A stretch of DNA of 64,000 bases from Octopus sinensis (Eukaryota), in NCBI RefSeq assembly GCF_006345805.1, contig NC_043006.1:37758001-37822000 (forward strand). Reading direction: 5' to 3'. The notes beneath the pieces are model-generated. The model worked only from the letters and a program-made list of their open reading frames with translations, searched no databases and was not told where the DNA came from. Shown one piece after another: positions 62,229-64,000 of the stretch. Each line of letters starts with the position of its first letter. The first letter of the stretch is position 1. The position numbers were made by a program, and so were the translations under genes.

Positions 62229-62600
62229 CACTACAAAAGCCACCACCACTGTCACAAACGTCACTACTTCTACCACCACCACCACCACCACCACCACCAC
62301 TACCACTACTACTACTACACGAACGCTTGTGCACCCAGATGACGACAATGCTAGTGATGTCTCTTTCTTCAGACTTCTTAACTGCATGCATCAGCAATGA
62401 CACAGAAGCAGCAGCAGCAGCGAGTCCTGTTGTAGAAGCAGCAGCAACAGAAATCAGTTGCAGCTGCAACTGCAATGGCAGTCTGAATACTATGGTAACA
62501 ACCACAACACCACAAAACTGAAAAACAGCCTCTGCAGCAGAGCAAACAACAACACTAGTGTTTGAAATAGTAGTAGTTGCAGTAGTAGTTATAGTAGCAC

Positions 62601-62648
<48 letters not shown>

Positions 62649-62930
62649 CAGCAGCAGCAGCAACAGCAGCAACAGCAGCAGAAATAGTAGAAGCAGCAGC
62701 TGTAGTAGTAGTAGTAGTAGTGCCGGCGGTGGTGGCAGCGGTGGTGGTGGTGGTACTGCTGCTGGAAATAGTAGTGGTACTAGTTGTAATTGTGGAAGAA
62801 GAAGAAGAAGAAGAAGAAGAAGAAGAAGAAGAGAAGAAGAAGAGCAGCAGCAGCAGCAACTGCAAATTTAGTTGCAGTATTACAGCAATCATTGTTAACA
62901 CTGGCGCCGTCACCAGCACCTTCCTCTAAT
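60900..62930. repeat. Extended trinucleotide low-complexity block (GGT/AGT, ACC/ACT, AGT/GCA/GAA)
   Basis: Direct inspection; source of the 493-aa and 195-216-aa ORFs. Confidence 0.85.
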
Positions 62931-63389
62931 ATGGCAACAACCGAATATGAGCCATTCTGGTTGACCTGTTGGTAATAGCAGCCAAATCTTCCTAAAATCA
63001 AATCACTTCCTACTATCTGAAAAAAGAGGATATGTTAGATAATGCTGGCTATGGGAGTTGTTTGCATAAAGAAAGTAAACAGGATGGTCATGGTTAGAAC
63101 AACCATAGATCTGCTCAATCAGGGTTAACAGAAGCAAACACAGGGCATACAAGTTGGCTTATTTAATGGCATAAACAACATGGGGACAGATTAGATGCAC
63201 CCTCAATTTCAGGGCTGCATACTCGGAAAAAAACATGTTACATTAGCTTGAGAACGGATCTACAAATGTTGGGATTCACAGACGGGTTGACAGGGGACTG
63301 AGGCTCCTGGTGATTTACTGTGCTTGAAAGGATACATGAAAATAAGTAAAAGGCTTGTCCCTTGAAACCCTCTCCAGCTGAGCATCCCT

Positions 63390-63670
63390 AATCTTGCTAA
63401 GCATTTCGCCTGGCATGGTAACAAATTTACCAACTCACTGCCTTATAATACATAAATATCCTTTTCTACTCTAGGCACAAGGCCAGAAATTTTTGGGGAG
63501 TGGGGCCAGTCGATTAGATCAACCCCAGTATGCAACTGGTACTTAATTTATTGACCCCAAAGGGATAAAAGCAAAGTCAACCTTTGAACTCAGAACATAA
63601 AGACAGACGAAATACTGCTAAGCATTTCACCCAGCGTGGCAACGTTTCTGCCAGCTCGCCACCTTCCTTA
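63390..63670 (-). mobile_element. SINE family 2 fragments
   Basis: GCTAAGCATTTC and GGTACTTAATTTATTGACCCC motifs; followed by an RTE tail at about 63685-63900(-). Confidence 0.8.
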
Positions 63671-64000
63671 TAATACATAAATATTACATCATCACCATCA
63701 TCATCATCATTTAATGTCTGCTTTCTATGCTGACATAGGTTGGATTGTTTGACAAGGAGCTGGCAAGCCAAAGAGCTGCACCAGGCTCCAATTGTTTGTT
63801 TTGGTGTGCTCTCTATGGCTGGATGTCCTTCCTAGCACCAACCACTTTACAGAGTGTTCTAGGGACCTTTTCTGTGACACCAGTGCAGGTGCTATTATAT
63901 GGTGCCAGCAAAAACATCCTGCAGACTGTGATATTCAATAAAATAGAAATAAATTTTAAAGATTTATGCTTTCTGTGCAACCTGGTACCAAACAATCTTA

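Noticed and set aside
61438-62919. Longest ORF, 493 aa
   Set aside because: Almost all homopolymer runs from trinucleotide repeats; no domain, overlapping ORFs in other frames

Overview
AT-rich, repeat-saturated eukaryotic genomic DNA. The SINE, LINE and microsatellite content is what I associate with Octopus (inference, not verified). One host-gene exon is recognisable: a 235-nt minus-strand internal exon (27306-27540) of a UPF0415/C7orf25-like gene. I could not find its neighbouring exons, so much or all of the window is probably intronic. The rest is at least four tRNA-derived SINE families, decayed LINEs (RTE, RTE/BovB-like, L1/Tx1, R4/Dong-like), Tc1, mariner and maT transposon relics, a non-autonomous Helitron and simple repeats. 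Nearly all ORF-track entries are microsatellite or TE artefacts. The main discovery is a dense set of about 11 type-I hammerhead-ribozyme-like motifs between 38.4 and 53.2 kb, in several unrelated small non-coding elements. Two copies of one element join a tRNA-like Pol III head to a hammerhead-bearing Penelope-like tail, arranged as fold-back dimers. Two other elements are partial tandems (about 355 and 405 nt monomers) with retrozyme architecture. Also notable: an RTE LINE split at nucleotide precision by 15 kb of DNA, perfect 66- and 101-bp-arm palindromes, and an intron-containing Tc1 transposase. All alignments and folds were done by eye, and family names come from recalled motifs.
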